Shown in pieces: positions 20,761-29,854 of a stretch of 64,000 nucleotides of DNA. How positions within the stretch are numbered: the stretch's first letter is position 1; the number at the start of each line of letters is the position of its first letter. The position numbers and the translations under genes are program-made. The notes below the pieces were generated by a model. The model saw only the letters and a list, made by a program, of their open reading frames with translations, ran no database searches and was not told the origin of the DNA. Origin of the DNA: an uncultured delta proteobacterium (GTDB lineage: Bacteria; Myxococcota; Myxococcia; Myxococcales; 40CM-4-68-19); the NCBI GenBank assembly GCA_963792275.1, contig CAWBVQ010000002.1, positions 238,364 to 302,363 of the forward strand, in the 5' to 3' direction.

Positions 20761-21302
20761 GATGCGACCTCCGGGACTGCGGGAAGGGAAACCGGCTCCT
20801 GGCCGCGGAGCATGGCGACTGCGCCGGTGCGGACCATCTCGAGGATGCCGAAGGGCCGCAGCACCTCGATGAGGCCGTCGAGCTTTTCCGGGGCGCCGGT
20901 GCTCTCGACGATGATGGACGACGGGCCCACGTCCACCACCCGCGCCCGGAAGGTGTTGCAGAGCTGCAGGAGCTCGCTGCGGCGATCGGCGGGCGCGGTC
21001 ACCTTGACGAAGGCCATCTCCCGCACCACCGCCGCCGCCTCGCTCACGTCCTCGACGCGGAGCACCTCCACCAGCTTGTAGAGGTGCGTCTCCAGCCGGT
21101 GGGCGGCCTCGTCGTCCGCCTGGACCACCAGCGTGATGCGCGAGACGCCGGGCCGCTCGGTGCGCCCCACGGTGAGCGAGTCGATGTTGAAGGCGCGCCG
21201 CCGGAAGAGCGAGACGATGCGGTTGAGCGCTCCCGGCTGGTCCTGCACGTGCACGATGACGGTCTGGGAGGCCCGCAGGCCGAGGCTGGGGACGGCGCTC
21301 AT
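20757..21302 (-). CDS. ilvN: acetolactate synthase small (regulatory) subunit
   Basis: TVIVHVQDQPGALNRIVSLFRRRAFNIDSLTVGRTERPGVSRITLVV ACT domain. ATGA overlaps on both sides. Confidence 0.9.
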   Translation of the reverse strand: MSAVPSLGLRASQTVIVHVQDQPGALNRIVSLFRRRAFNIDSLTVGRTERPGVSRITLVVQADDEAAHRLETHLYKLVEVLRVEDVSEAAAVVREMAFVKVTAPADRRSELLQLCNTFRARVVDVGPSSIIVESTGAPEKLDGLIEVLRPFGILEMVRTGAVAMLRGQEPVSLPAVPEVAS

Positions 21303-23050
21303 CGATCGATCTCCAGTCCGGCCGCCGGGCGGCGGATCATGTCGCGCAGGTCGGCATTGGCCGGGACCATCGGGTAGACGGCCTCCTCCTGCTCGACCTT
21401 GAACTCCACCAGCACCGTGCCGGGCTCGGCGCGGGCCCACGCCACCGCGGCCGCGATCTCGTCGCGCCGGGTGACCCGCAGCCCGCGCAGGCCGTGCGCC
21501 TCTGCCAGCGCCACGAAGTCGGGGCTGCGCAGCGGCGTCGCGACGTAGCGGCGGTTGTAGAAGAACTCCTGCCACTGGCGGACCATGCCGAGATAGCCGT
21601 TGTTGATGATGGCGATGTTGAGCTTGAGCCCCTCCTGCACGCAGGTGGTCAGCTCGCAGGCGGTCATCTGGAAGCCGCCGTCGCCGGCAACCACCCAGAT
21701 CTCCTCCTCGGGGCGGGCGAAACGCGCGCCGATGGCGGCAGGCAGCGCGAAGCCCATGGTGCCGAGGCCGCCGGAGGTGAGCAGCGATCGCGGGCGCTCG
21801 TGCTTGTAATACTGCGCCTCCCACATCTGGTGCTGGCCCACGTCGGTGGCCACCAGCGCCTTGCCCCCGGTGAGCCGCCAGAGGTCGTGCAGCACGTGCG
21901 GCGCGAGCAGCTTTTCGCCGTGGGGCACCGACTGCACGTCCCTGCGCGCCGCCTCGCCCCGCAGCGAGGAGATGCGCTCGATCCACGGCGTCCGCGCGCG
22001 CGCCTTCACTGCCGGCGTCAGCTGCTCGAGCGTCTGGCGGAGATCGCCCGGCAGGGCGACGTCGACCTTGACGTTCTTGTTGATCTCCGAGGGATCGATC
22101 TCGGCGTGGATCTTCCTCGCGTGCACCGCGAAGGTCGCGAGCTTGCCGGTGACGCGGTCGTCGAAGCGCATGCCCAGGGCGATGAGCAGGTCGGCTTCCT
22201 GCATCGAGGTATTGACCCAGGCCTCGCCGTGCATGCCCATCATGCCCAGGCTGAGCGGGTGCGAGGCGGGAAAGCCGCCCAGGCCCAGAAGCGTGGAGGC
22301 CACCGGGATGCCGGTCTTCTCCGCGAAGGCGCGCAACAGCTCGCTCGCCTCCGCCTTGAGCACGCCGTGGCCGGCGAGGATGAGCGGCCGCTCCGCCGCG
22401 TCGATCAGCTCCGCGGCGCGCTCCAGCGACGCCCGGCTCGCCCGCAGCAGCGGCCCCGCGCAGCGCGGCTTCGGCGCCGGCGCATCCGGATCGAAGCGCG
22501 CCCGGCCCTGCTGCGCGTCCTTGGTGATGTCCACCAGCACCGGACCGGGCCGTCCGGCGCGGGCGATGGCGAATGCCTCGCGCAGCGCGGGCGCCACGTC
22601 CTCGGCGCGGGTGACCAGGTAGTTGTGCTTGGTGATCGGCAGCGTGATGCCGGTGATGTCCACCTCCTGGAAGGCGTCGCTGCCCAGCGCGGTGGAGGAG
22701 ACCTGGCCGGTGATGCAGACCACCGGCGACGAGTCGAGCATGGCGGTGGCGATGCCCGTCACCAGATTCGTGGCGCCGGGGCCGGAGGTGGCGATGGCCA
22801 CGCCCACCCGCCCCGAGGCGCGCGCGTAGCCGTCTGCCATGTGCGCCGCGCCCTGCTCGTGGCGGACGAGCACGTGGCGGATGGGATAGCCGGGCATCGC
22901 GTCGTAGGTCGGCATGATCGCGCCGCCCGGATACCCGAAGACGACGTCGACGCCTTCGGCGACGAGGACCTCCCAGACGATCTGCGCGCCGGTCTTTCCG
23001 GCGGCGGCAGGAGCTTCCCGGTGCTGCTGTACGACGGCTGCTTGCGACAT
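21299..23050 (-). CDS. ilvB: acetolactate synthase large subunit (biosynthetic)
   Basis: MSQAAVVQQH..GAQIVWEVLVAEGVDVVFGYPGGAIMP..GLGTMGFALPAAIGA.. ThDP enzyme. AAGAGG RBS 6 nt before ATG 23050. Confidence 0.95.
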   Translation of the reverse strand: MSQAAVVQQHREAPAAAGKTGAQIVWEVLVAEGVDVVFGYPGGAIMPTYDAMPGYPIRHVLVRHEQGAAHMADGYARASGRVGVAIATSGPGATNLVTGIATAMLDSSPVVCITGQVSSTALGSDAFQEVDITGITLPITKHNYLVTRAEDVAPALREAFAIARAGRPGPVLVDITKDAQQGRARFDPDAPAPKPRCAGPLLRASRASLERAAELIDAAERPLILAGHGVLKAEASELLRAFAEKTGIPVASTLLGLGGFPASHPLSLGMMGMHGEAWVNTSMQEADLLIALGMRFDDRVTGKLATFAVHARKIHAEIDPSEINKNVKVDVALPGDLRQTLEQLTPAVKARARTPWIERISSLRGEAARRDVQSVPHGEKLLAPHVLHDLWRLTGGKALVATDVGQHQMWEAQYYKHERPRSLLTSGGLGTMGFALPAAIGARFARPEEEIWVVAGDGGFQMTACELTTCVQEGLKLNIAIINNGYLGMVRQWQEFFYNRRYVATPLRSPDFVALAEAHGLRGLRVTRRDEIAAAVAWARAEPGTVLVEFKVEQEEAVYPMVPANADLRDMIRRPAAGLEIDR

Positions 23051-23063
23051 GCGCGACCTCTTG

Positions 23064-23102
23064 GAAAACAAAAACCCCCGCACCGGGATGGGTGCGGGGG
23101 CC
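23064..23102 (-). terminator. intrinsic terminator (attenuator) between leader ORF and ilvB
   Basis: Minus strand: GCCCCCGCACC-CATCCC-GGTGCGGGGG followed by TTTTTGTTTTC. Ends 13 nt before the ilvB ATG. Confidence 0.8.
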
Positions 23103-23128
23103 AGGATCCTTCCGAAGGCTTTCCTCGG

Positions 23129-23260
23129 TCAGGTTGGCGGCCCGCACCCGCTGCTAATGAGCGGAAGCAGCCCGACGACGACGACGAGGCTAAGGACGAG
23201 GGACAGCGTGAGCTCGCGCGCGGAAGCGGAGGTTGCGGCGCGGTGGAAGCCGGAGCTCAT
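23129..23260 (-). CDS. ilv-leu leader peptide (43 aa, Leu/Val-rich)
   Basis: Too short for the ORF track. ATG 23260, TGA 23131-23129: MSSGFHRAATSASARELTLSLVLSLVVVVGLLPLISSGCGPPT. 14 of 20 consecutive residues are Leu/Val/Ile. Its last codons contain GGGTGCGGGCC, complementary to the terminator 5' arm. Confidence 0.65.
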   Translation of the reverse strand: MSSGFHRAATSASARELTLSLVLSLVVVVGLLPLISSGCGPPT

Positions 23261-23501
23261 GCATCAACCGGTAACGCAGGCCGCGTCGGCTTGTCAAATG
23301 CGAAACGCAAGCAGGCGAGCCGCCGCAGAGTGGAAACGCGGTCCTCGCCGCCGCGGCTCCGACAAATCCGTCGCGTCCGTTGCCGGAAACGACGAGGTGG
23401 TAGCTCCGCGGAATGCCGGGCAAGGCCGCGCGTCTACGCGCCTGCCCGGAACTGCCCCGTGCGCGTCGCGCCAATGGCGACGTTTTCGTTTGCTGCCGGC
23501 T

Positions 23502-23541
23502 CGATTCGGACGAATTCGTCGTGCCCACCGGCGGGACGAAT
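23502..23541. promoter_or_regulatory. clustered GACGAAT half-sites / palindrome (candidate enhancer for the urt sigma-54 promoter)
   Basis: CGATTCG (23502-08), perfect 12-mer palindrome GACGAATTCGTC (23509-20), GACGAAT (23535-41). Located 35-90 bp upstream of the -24 element. Confidence 0.4.
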
Positions 23542-23575
23542 CGCGCGGCGAGAGCGAAGTGCGGCAGGGCAAGGC

Positions 23576-23591
23576 TGGTCCTGCGCTTGCA
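23576..23591 (+). promoter_or_regulatory. sigma-54 (-24/-12) promoter of the urt-ure operon
   Basis: TGGTCC-TGCGC-TTGCA, matching TGGCAC-N5-TTGCA with correct GG/GC spacing. Lies 42 nt upstream of the urtA ATG. Confidence 0.6.
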
Positions 23592-23632
23592 GTTCTTTTC
23601 CTGCAGACGAGAGCGCACGAGGAGCCCCCCAC

Positions 23633-24871
23633 ATGACGAAGAAGCTCGCCCGCCTGGCGACGTTGCTGCTCGCAGTCCTTGCCGTCCTGCCCGCGCGCGG
23701 GGAGGAGACCATCAAGGTGGGCATCCTCCACTCCCTCTCCGGCACCATGGCCATCAGCGAGACGTCGCTGAAGGACGTGGCGCTCATGACCATCGAGGAG
23801 ATCAACGCCAAGGGCGGCGTGCTGGGCAAGAAGCTGCAGCCCGTGGTGGTGGACCCATCGTCCAACTGGCCGCTCTTCGCGGAGAAGGCGCGCCAGCTTC
23901 TCGTGCAGGACAAGGTGGCGGCGGTCTTCGGCTGCTGGACCTCGGTCTCGCGCAAGTCGGTGCTGCCGGTGTTCGAGGAGCTCGACGGGCTGCTCTTCTA
24001 CCCGGTGCAGTACGAAGGCGAGGAGCTCTCCCAGAACGTCTTCTACACCGGCGCGGCGCCCAACCAGCAGGCCATCCCGGCAGTGGAGTATCTCATGTCC
24101 AAGGAGGGCGGCGGCGCCACCCGCTTCTTCCTGCTCGGCACCGACTACGTCTATCCGCGCACCACCAACAAGATCCTCCGCGCCTTCCTCAAGTCGAAGG
24201 GCGTGGCGGACGGCGACATCGCCGAGACCTACACCCCCTTCGGGCACAGCGACTACCAGACCATCGTGGCGCAGATCAAAGCCTTCGGGGCGGGCGGGCG
24301 CACCGCCGTGATCTCCACCATCAACGGCGACTCCAACGTGCCCTTCTACAAGGAGCTGGGCAACCAGGGGCTCAAGGCGACCGACATCCCGGTGGTGGCG
24401 TTCTCGGTGGGCGAGGAAGAGCTCCGCGGCATCGACACCAGGCCGCTGGTCGGGCACCTCGCCGCCTGGAACTACTTCATGTCGGTGAAGAACCCGCAGA
24501 ACACGGCCTTCATCCAGAAATGGAAGGCGTACGTGAAGAAGAACCACCTCGCCGGCGGAGAAGCGCGCGTCACCAACGATCCCATGGAGGCCACTTACGT
24601 GGGCATCCACATGTGGGCGCAGGCGGTGAAGAAGGCCGGGACCACCAGGGTGGACGCCGTGCGCAAGGCGATGAGCGGCCAGACCTTCGCGGCGCCTTCC
24701 GGGTTTACGCTGCGGATGGACGAGACCAACCACCACCTCTGGAAGCCGGTGATGATCGGAGAGGTGCAGGGCGACGGGCAATTCGAGGTGGTCTGGAAGA
24801 CCGACAAGCCGGTGCGGGCCCAGCCCTGGAGCCCCTTCATCCCCGGCAACGACAAGCACGCGGAGCGGTAG
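23633..24871 (+). CDS. urtA: urea ABC transporter substrate-binding protein
   Basis: GGAG RBS. MTKKLARLATLLLAVLAVLPARG signal. IKVGILHSLSGTMAISE..FGCWTSVSRKSVLPVFE..YFMSVKNPQNTAFIQKWK typical UrtA. Confidence 0.9.
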   Translation: MTKKLARLATLLLAVLAVLPARGEETIKVGILHSLSGTMAISETSLKDVALMTIEEINAKGGVLGKKLQPVVVDPSSNWPLFAEKARQLLVQDKVAAVFGCWTSVSRKSVLPVFEELDGLLFYPVQYEGEELSQNVFYTGAAPNQQAIPAVEYLMSKEGGGATRFFLLGTDYVYPRTTNKILRAFLKSKGVADGDIAETYTPFGHSDYQTIVAQIKAFGAGGRTAVISTINGDSNVPFYKELGNQGLKATDIPVVAFSVGEEELRGIDTRPLVGHLAAWNYFMSVKNPQNTAFIQKWKAYVKKNHLAGGEARVTNDPMEATYVGIHMWAQAVKKAGTTRVDAVRKAMSGQTFAAPSGFTLRMDETNHHLWKPVMIGEVQGDGQFEVVWKTDKPVRAQPWSPFIPGNDKHAER

Positions 24872-24873
24872 GA

Positions 24874-26427
24874 GTGACGGCACTCGCCGCGGTCCTGCTC
24901 GCCGCCGCGCTGGATCCAGCCGCCCTGGGCCACCTGGTCGGCGACAGCCCGGGCGAGCGCGAGCAGGCCATCGCAACCCTCGGCGCTGGGGGCGATGCGG
25001 CGGCGGCGCCGGTGCTGCGCGCCCTCCTCGACGGCCGGCTGTATGCGGGGCCGCACGGGGCGGCGCTGATCGAGGAGGGCGGTCGACTGCGGGACGCGCT
25101 CACCGGCGCCGCCGTCACGTCGGAAGATGCGGAGAAGGTCGGGATCAACAACCGCCTGCGCCGGCAGATCCTGCGCGCCTTGGCGATCCTGGACCTCCGT
25201 GCGACCGATCCGCTGCGGCGCGTGGAAGCTGCGCGCGCGCTGCAGGACTCGGGCGACCCCGCGCTGCTTGCTTCGGTGGAGGCGGCGCTGGCTGGCGAAG
25301 AGGATGGCCGCGCGCGCGAGGCGCTGCAGAGCGCGCAGGCCACGCTCGCGCTCGCCTCGCCGGATCGCGAGAAGCGCCTCAAGGCCGTGGAGCAACTCGG
25401 CCGCGCGCCGGGTGCGGCCAGCAACCGGCTGCTCGTGCAACGCCTCTCGCTGGAGAAGGACCCGGCGGTGCTGCTCGCCGTGCGGCGCGCGAGCGAGAGC
25501 GTGGAGGCGTCCTTGCGCCGCGCGGAGCTGGTCGGCCTCGCCTTCAGCGGGCTGAGCCTCGCCAGCATCCTGCTCCTCGCCGCGCTGGGGCTCGCCATCA
25601 CCTTTGGTCTGATGGGCGTCATCAACATGGCGCACGGCGAATTGTTGATGATCGGCGCCTACGCCACCTGGCTGGTGCAGTGGGCCTTCCGCCTGCACGC
25701 GCCCGCCGCATTCGACTGGTACCTGCTCGCGGCGGTGCCGGCCGCGTTCCTGGCGGCGGCGCTCGCGGGCGTCCTCCTCGAGCTCCTGGTGGTGCGCAAG
25801 CTCTACGGCCGCCCGCTGGAGACGCTGCTCGCCACCTGGGGCGCGAGCCTGCTCTTCATGCAGGCGGTGCGCACGGCCTTCGGCGCGCAGAACGTGGAGG
25901 TGGCCAATCCGGCCTGGATGTCGGGCGGCTTCTCGCCGCTGCCCGGGCTGGTGGTGCCCTGGAACCGCGTGGCCATCCTGCTCTTCGCCGCCGCGGTGTT
26001 GGCGCTCGTCTCGGTCCTCTTGCGCCGCACGCGGCTGGGGCTGCTGGTGCGGGCGGTGACCCAGGACCGCCAGCGCGCCGCGGGCCTCGGGGTCGCGACG
26101 CCTCGCGTGGACCTGCTCGCCTTCGCGCTCGGGTCGGGCATCGCCGGCCTGGGCGGCTGCGCGCTCTCGCAGATCGGCAACGTCGGTCCCGAGCTGGGAC
26201 AGGGCTTCATCGTCGACTCGTTCATGGTGGTGGTGCTGGGCGGAGTGGGCCAGCTCGCGGGCACGGTGATCGCGGCGCTGGGCCTCGGCCTCGTCAACAA
26301 GCTGCTCGAGCCCAGCGCCGGCGCGGTGCTGGCGAAGATCGCGGTGCTCGCCTTCGTCATCCTCTTCATCCAGCGCAGGCCGCAGGGCCTCTTCGCGCTG
26401 CGCGGGCGCGCGGCGGAGGAGCGATGA
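24874..26427 (+). CDS. urtB: urea ABC transporter permease UrtB with about 220-aa N-terminal HEAT-like repeat extension
   Basis: GTG 24874. N-terminal Ala/Leu-rich repeats (RRVEAARALQDSGDPALL, EKRLKAVEQLGRAPGA), then the LivH-type permease core GVINMAHGELLMIGAY... Confidence 0.85.
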   Translation: MTALAAVLLAAALDPAALGHLVGDSPGEREQAIATLGAGGDAAAAPVLRALLDGRLYAGPHGAALIEEGGRLRDALTGAAVTSEDAEKVGINNRLRRQILRALAILDLRATDPLRRVEAARALQDSGDPALLASVEAALAGEEDGRAREALQSAQATLALASPDREKRLKAVEQLGRAPGAASNRLLVQRLSLEKDPAVLLAVRRASESVEASLRRAELVGLAFSGLSLASILLLAALGLAITFGLMGVINMAHGELLMIGAYATWLVQWAFRLHAPAAFDWYLLAAVPAAFLAAALAGVLLELLVVRKLYGRPLETLLATWGASLLFMQAVRTAFGAQNVEVANPAWMSGGFSPLPGLVVPWNRVAILLFAAAVLALVSVLLRRTRLGLLVRAVTQDRQRAAGLGVATPRVDLLAFALGSGIAGLGGCALSQIGNVGPELGQGFIVDSFMVVVLGGVGQLAGTVIAALGLGLVNKLLEPSAGAVLAKIAVLAFVILFIQRRPQGLFALRGRAAEER

Positions 26428-27574
26428 GCGCGGTGATGCGCGCTCTCTACGCGCTGGCTCCGGGCGCTGCTCGCGCCGATCCCCGCCCGCCCCGCGCCTC
26501 GAAAGCCCTCTTTCCACCGCGCATCTGGAGCGCGGTGCTGGGCGGCTATCTGCTCCTGGCGGTGGTGGTGCCGGTACTCCACCTCGCGGTGCCCGAGTCG
26601 AGCGCGCTGCACCTCTCTCCTACGGCGTTTCGCTGGCCGGGAAGATCACCTGCTACGCCACCGTCGCCATCGCCATGGATCTGGTCTGGGGCTACACCGG
26701 CATCCTCAGCCTCGGCCACGGCCTCTTCTTCGCGCTGGGCGGCTACGCCATGGGCATGTACCTAATGAGGGCCATCGGCAGCGACGGCGTCTACGGCAAC
26801 CCGGTCTTGCCCGACTTCATGGTCTTCCTCGACTGGAAGGAGCTGCCCTGGTACTGGCGCGGCTCCGAGCACTTCCTCCAGCAGGCCGCCCTGGCGGTGC
26901 TCGCGCCCGCCGCCTTCGCCTTCGTCTTCGGCTGGTTCGCCTTCCGCTCGCGCATCCGCGGCGTCTACTTCTCCATCATCACCCAGGCGCTGACCTACGC
27001 CTTCATGCTGCTCTTCTTCCGCAACCAGACCGGCTTCGGCGGCAACAACGGGTTCACCGACTTCAAGCGCATCCTCGGCTTCTCCCTGGCCAGCCCGCAG
27101 ACCCGCGTGGCGCTCCTGGTGGCGAGCGCGACCCTGCTCCTGGCAACGCTCGCGGGCGCAAAGCTGCTGGTTTCCTCCAGGCTGGGGCGCGTCCTCACCG
27201 CCATCCGCGACGCCGAGGATCGCCTGCGCTTCTGCGGCTACGACCCGGTGCGCTTCAAGCTCTTCGTCTGGACGCTCTCCGCCGCCATCTGCGGCCTGGC
27301 CGGCGCGCTCTACGTCCCGCAGGTCGGGATCATCAATCCCTCGGAGATGTCGCCCGCCAATTCGGTGGAGATCGCCGTCTGGGTTGCCGTGGGCGGCCGC
27401 GGCACCTTGCTCGGACCGCTCCTGGGAGCGGCGCTGATCAACTCGGCGAAGAGCTGGCTGACCGTGGCCTTTCCCGACCTCTGGCTCTATGCGCTGGGGC
27501 TCGTCTTCATCGTGGTGACGCGCTGGCTGCCGGACGGCATCTTGCGCCTCGTGCTCCGCAAGGAGCCCGCATGA
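26424..27574 (+). CDS. urtC: urea ABC transporter permease UrtC (frameshift near 26615)
   Basis: ATGA overlap with urtB. MSAVMRALY...VPESSALHLS, then in another frame YGVSLAGKITCYATVAIAMDLVWGYTGILSLGHGLFFALGGYAMGMYLM (ORF 26675..27574). Confidence 0.85.
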
Positions 27575-28341
27575 ACCTGGACACGCCGCGCGGTCCCATC
27601 CTCTACCTCTCCGGCGTGACGGTTTCCTTCGACGGCTTCCGGGCGCTGGACTCGCTCAGCCTGATCGTCGAACCGGGGGAGCTGCGCTGCATCATCGGTC
27701 CCAACGGCGCGGGAAAGACCACGCTGATGGACGTGATCACCGGCAAGACCCGGCCCGACTCCGGCGAGGTCTTCTTCGGCGAGAAGAGCGACCTGGCCAC
27801 GCTCTCCGAACCGGAGATCGCGCGCCGGGGCATCGGCCGCAAGTTCCAGAAGCCCACCGTCTTCCCCAACCACACCGTCTTGGAAAATCTCGAATTGGCG
27901 CTCAAGGGCGAGAAGACCGTCCTTCCCACGCTGCGCGCGCGCCGCACGCCGGCGCAGGACGCGCGCATCGACGAGGTGCTGGCGCTGGTCGGGCTCCGCG
28001 GGAAGGCGGACCTCCTCGCCGACCTGCTCTCGCACGGCGAGAAGCAGTGGCTGGAGATGGGAATGCTCCTGGTGCAGGAGCCGCGATTGCTGCTGCTCGA
28101 CGAGCCGGTGGCGGGGATGACCGACGAGGAGACCGCGCGCACGGGCGAGCTCTTCCAGTCCCTCGCGGGCAGGCATGGCCAGAGCGCGACCACGCTGGTG
28201 GTGGTGGAGCACGACATGCGCTTCGTCGAGAGCATCGCGACCACCGTGACCGTGCTGCACGAGGGCCGCGTGCTGGTGGAGGGGAGCATGGACACCGTGC
28301 GCGACGACCCGCGCGTCGTCGAAGTCTACCTGGGGCGATGA
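27571..28341 (+). CDS. urtD: urea ABC transporter ATP-binding protein UrtD
   Basis: GPNGAGKTTLMDVITGKTRPDSG, LSHGEKQWLEMGMLL, LLLLDEP. Confidence 0.9.
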   Translation: MNLDTPRGPILYLSGVTVSFDGFRALDSLSLIVEPGELRCIIGPNGAGKTTLMDVITGKTRPDSGEVFFGEKSDLATLSEPEIARRGIGRKFQKPTVFPNHTVLENLELALKGEKTVLPTLRARRTPAQDARIDEVLALVGLRGKADLLADLLSHGEKQWLEMGMLLVQEPRLLLLDEPVAGMTDEETARTGELFQSLAGRHGQSATTLVVVEHDMRFVESIATTVTVLHEGRVLVEGSMDTVRDDPRVVEVYLGR

Positions 28342-29030
28342 TGCTGGCGGTGCGCGGGCTCAACCAGTATTACGGCGGCAGCCACACGCTGCGCGGCATC
28401 GACCTGGACGTGCCGGCCGGCTCCTGCACCGCGCTGCTCGGCCGCAACGGCGTGGGCAAGACCACGCTCTTGCGCTGCCTGATGGGGGAAGTGCCTGCGC
28501 GCTCGGGGACGGTGACCTTGGACTCCCACGACGTGACCCGGCTGCCTCCCTGGCAGCGCGCGCGCCGCGGCGTCGGCTACGTGCCCCAGGGGCGGGAGAT
28601 CTTCTCGCGCCTGACGGTCTCGGAGAACCTGGCGGTGGGCGAGTCCGCCGCCTCGGGCGAGGTGGCGCCGCGCTCGGAGCTGGAGGAGCTGTTTCCCCTC
28701 CTGCGCACCATGCAGCGAAGGCGCGGCGGCGATCTCTCCGGCGGCCAGCAGCAGCAGCTCGCCATCGCGCGCGCGCTCGTCTCCCGCCCGCGCCTGCTCC
28801 TCCTCGACGAGCCCACCGAAGGCATCCAGCCTTCCACCATCAAGGAGATCGGCAAGGTGCTGAGGCTGCTCGTCCAGCGCGGCGTGACGCTGCTTCTGGT
28901 GGAGCAGTATCTCGAGTTCGCGCTCGGGCTCGCCGAGCACTACGCCATCCTCTCGCGCGGCGAGATCGTCATGCGCGGGCGCATCGCCGACCTGGACCCG
29001 GCGCAGGCGCGGCGGCACCTGGCGCTGTGA
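28338..29030 (+). CDS. urtE: urea ABC transporter ATP-binding protein UrtE
   Basis: ATGA overlap. GRNGVGKTTLLRCLMG, LSGGQQQQLAIARAL, LLLLDEPTEGIQP. Confidence 0.9.
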   Translation: MMLAVRGLNQYYGGSHTLRGIDLDVPAGSCTALLGRNGVGKTTLLRCLMGEVPARSGTVTLDSHDVTRLPPWQRARRGVGYVPQGREIFSRLTVSENLAVGESAASGEVAPRSELEELFPLLRTMQRRRGGDLSGGQQQQLAIARALVSRPRLLLLDEPTEGIQPSTIKEIGKVLRLLVQRGVTLLLVEQYLEFALGLAEHYAILSRGEIVMRGRIADLDPAQARRHLAL

Positions 29031-29854
29031 TTCGCGGTACAAGGCCAGCCGTGCCTCGGGTCGCGCACGGCCATCTCGCGTTCCAGCGCGCGCTCAAAGG
29101 CACGGCGGTGCGCACCGCCTACGCCGAGAGCCCGCTGCGCCTGCTCACTCCGCGCAACCACGGCGGCGCGGCGTGGGCGTACGTCAGCACGCTGGGCGGG
29201 GGACTGGTGGACGGCGACCAGGTGCGCCTGCGCATCGACGTGGGCCCCGGAGCGCTCGCCCTGGTCACCACCCAGGGACCGACGCGCGTGTTCCGCTCGC
29301 CCGCGGGCTGCGAGAGCGAAACCACCGCGCGCGTGGAGCCCGGCGGCCTGCTTGCCCTTTTGCCGGCTCCGGCCGCGTGCTTCGCCGGCGCGCGCTTCGA
29401 GCAGCGCACCTCGGTGGAGCTGGCAACGGGCGCGTCCCTGGCCTTGTGGGACGTGCTCTCCGCGGGCCGGGACCGCTGGGACTTCGCGCGCTGCCGCAGC
29501 GCCATCGCAGTCCGCCGCGAAGGCCGCGCGCTCCTCGACGAAGCCTGGCTGCTCGACTCCAGGCACGGGCCGCTGCGCGAGCGGTTCGGCCGCTTCCACG
29601 CCCTCGGCACGCTGCTCTTCGCGGGGCCTCTCTTCCAGCGGGACGCCGTGCGCTCCGCCATCGACGCGCACCCGCTGCGCCCAGGGGGGCGGCTGCTCCA
29701 GTCGGCGAGCCCGCTCGGCCCCGATGCGCTGGTCGTGCGGCTGGCCGCGGAGCGGGTGGAGATCCTTCTCGCCGCGCTGCGGGAACACCTCGGCGCCTTG
29801 CGCACCGCTCTCGGAGACGACCCCTGGAGGCTCGATGCACCTCACGCCGCGTGA
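29027..29854 (+). CDS. ureD: urease accessory protein UreD (UreH)
   Basis: GTGA overlap with urt[43 protein letters not shown] typical UreD. Confidence 0.85.
   Translation: MIRGTRPAVPRVAHGHLAFQRALKGTAVRTAYAESPLRLLTPRNHGGAAWAYVSTLGGGLVDGDQVRLRIDVGPGALALVTTQGPTRVFRSPAGCESETTARVEPGGLLALLPAPAACFAGARFEQRTSVELATGASLALWDVLSAGRDRWDFARCRSAIAVRREGRALLDEAWLLDSRHGPLRERFGRFHALGTLLFAGPLFQRDAVRSAIDAHPLRPGGRLLQSASPLGPDALVVRLAAERVEILLAALREHLGALRTALGDDPWRLDAPHAA

Noticed and set aside
23294-26517. Minus-strand ORFs 23294..24976 and 24595..26517 over urtA and urtB.
   Set aside because: They are shadows of well-supported urea transporter genes.
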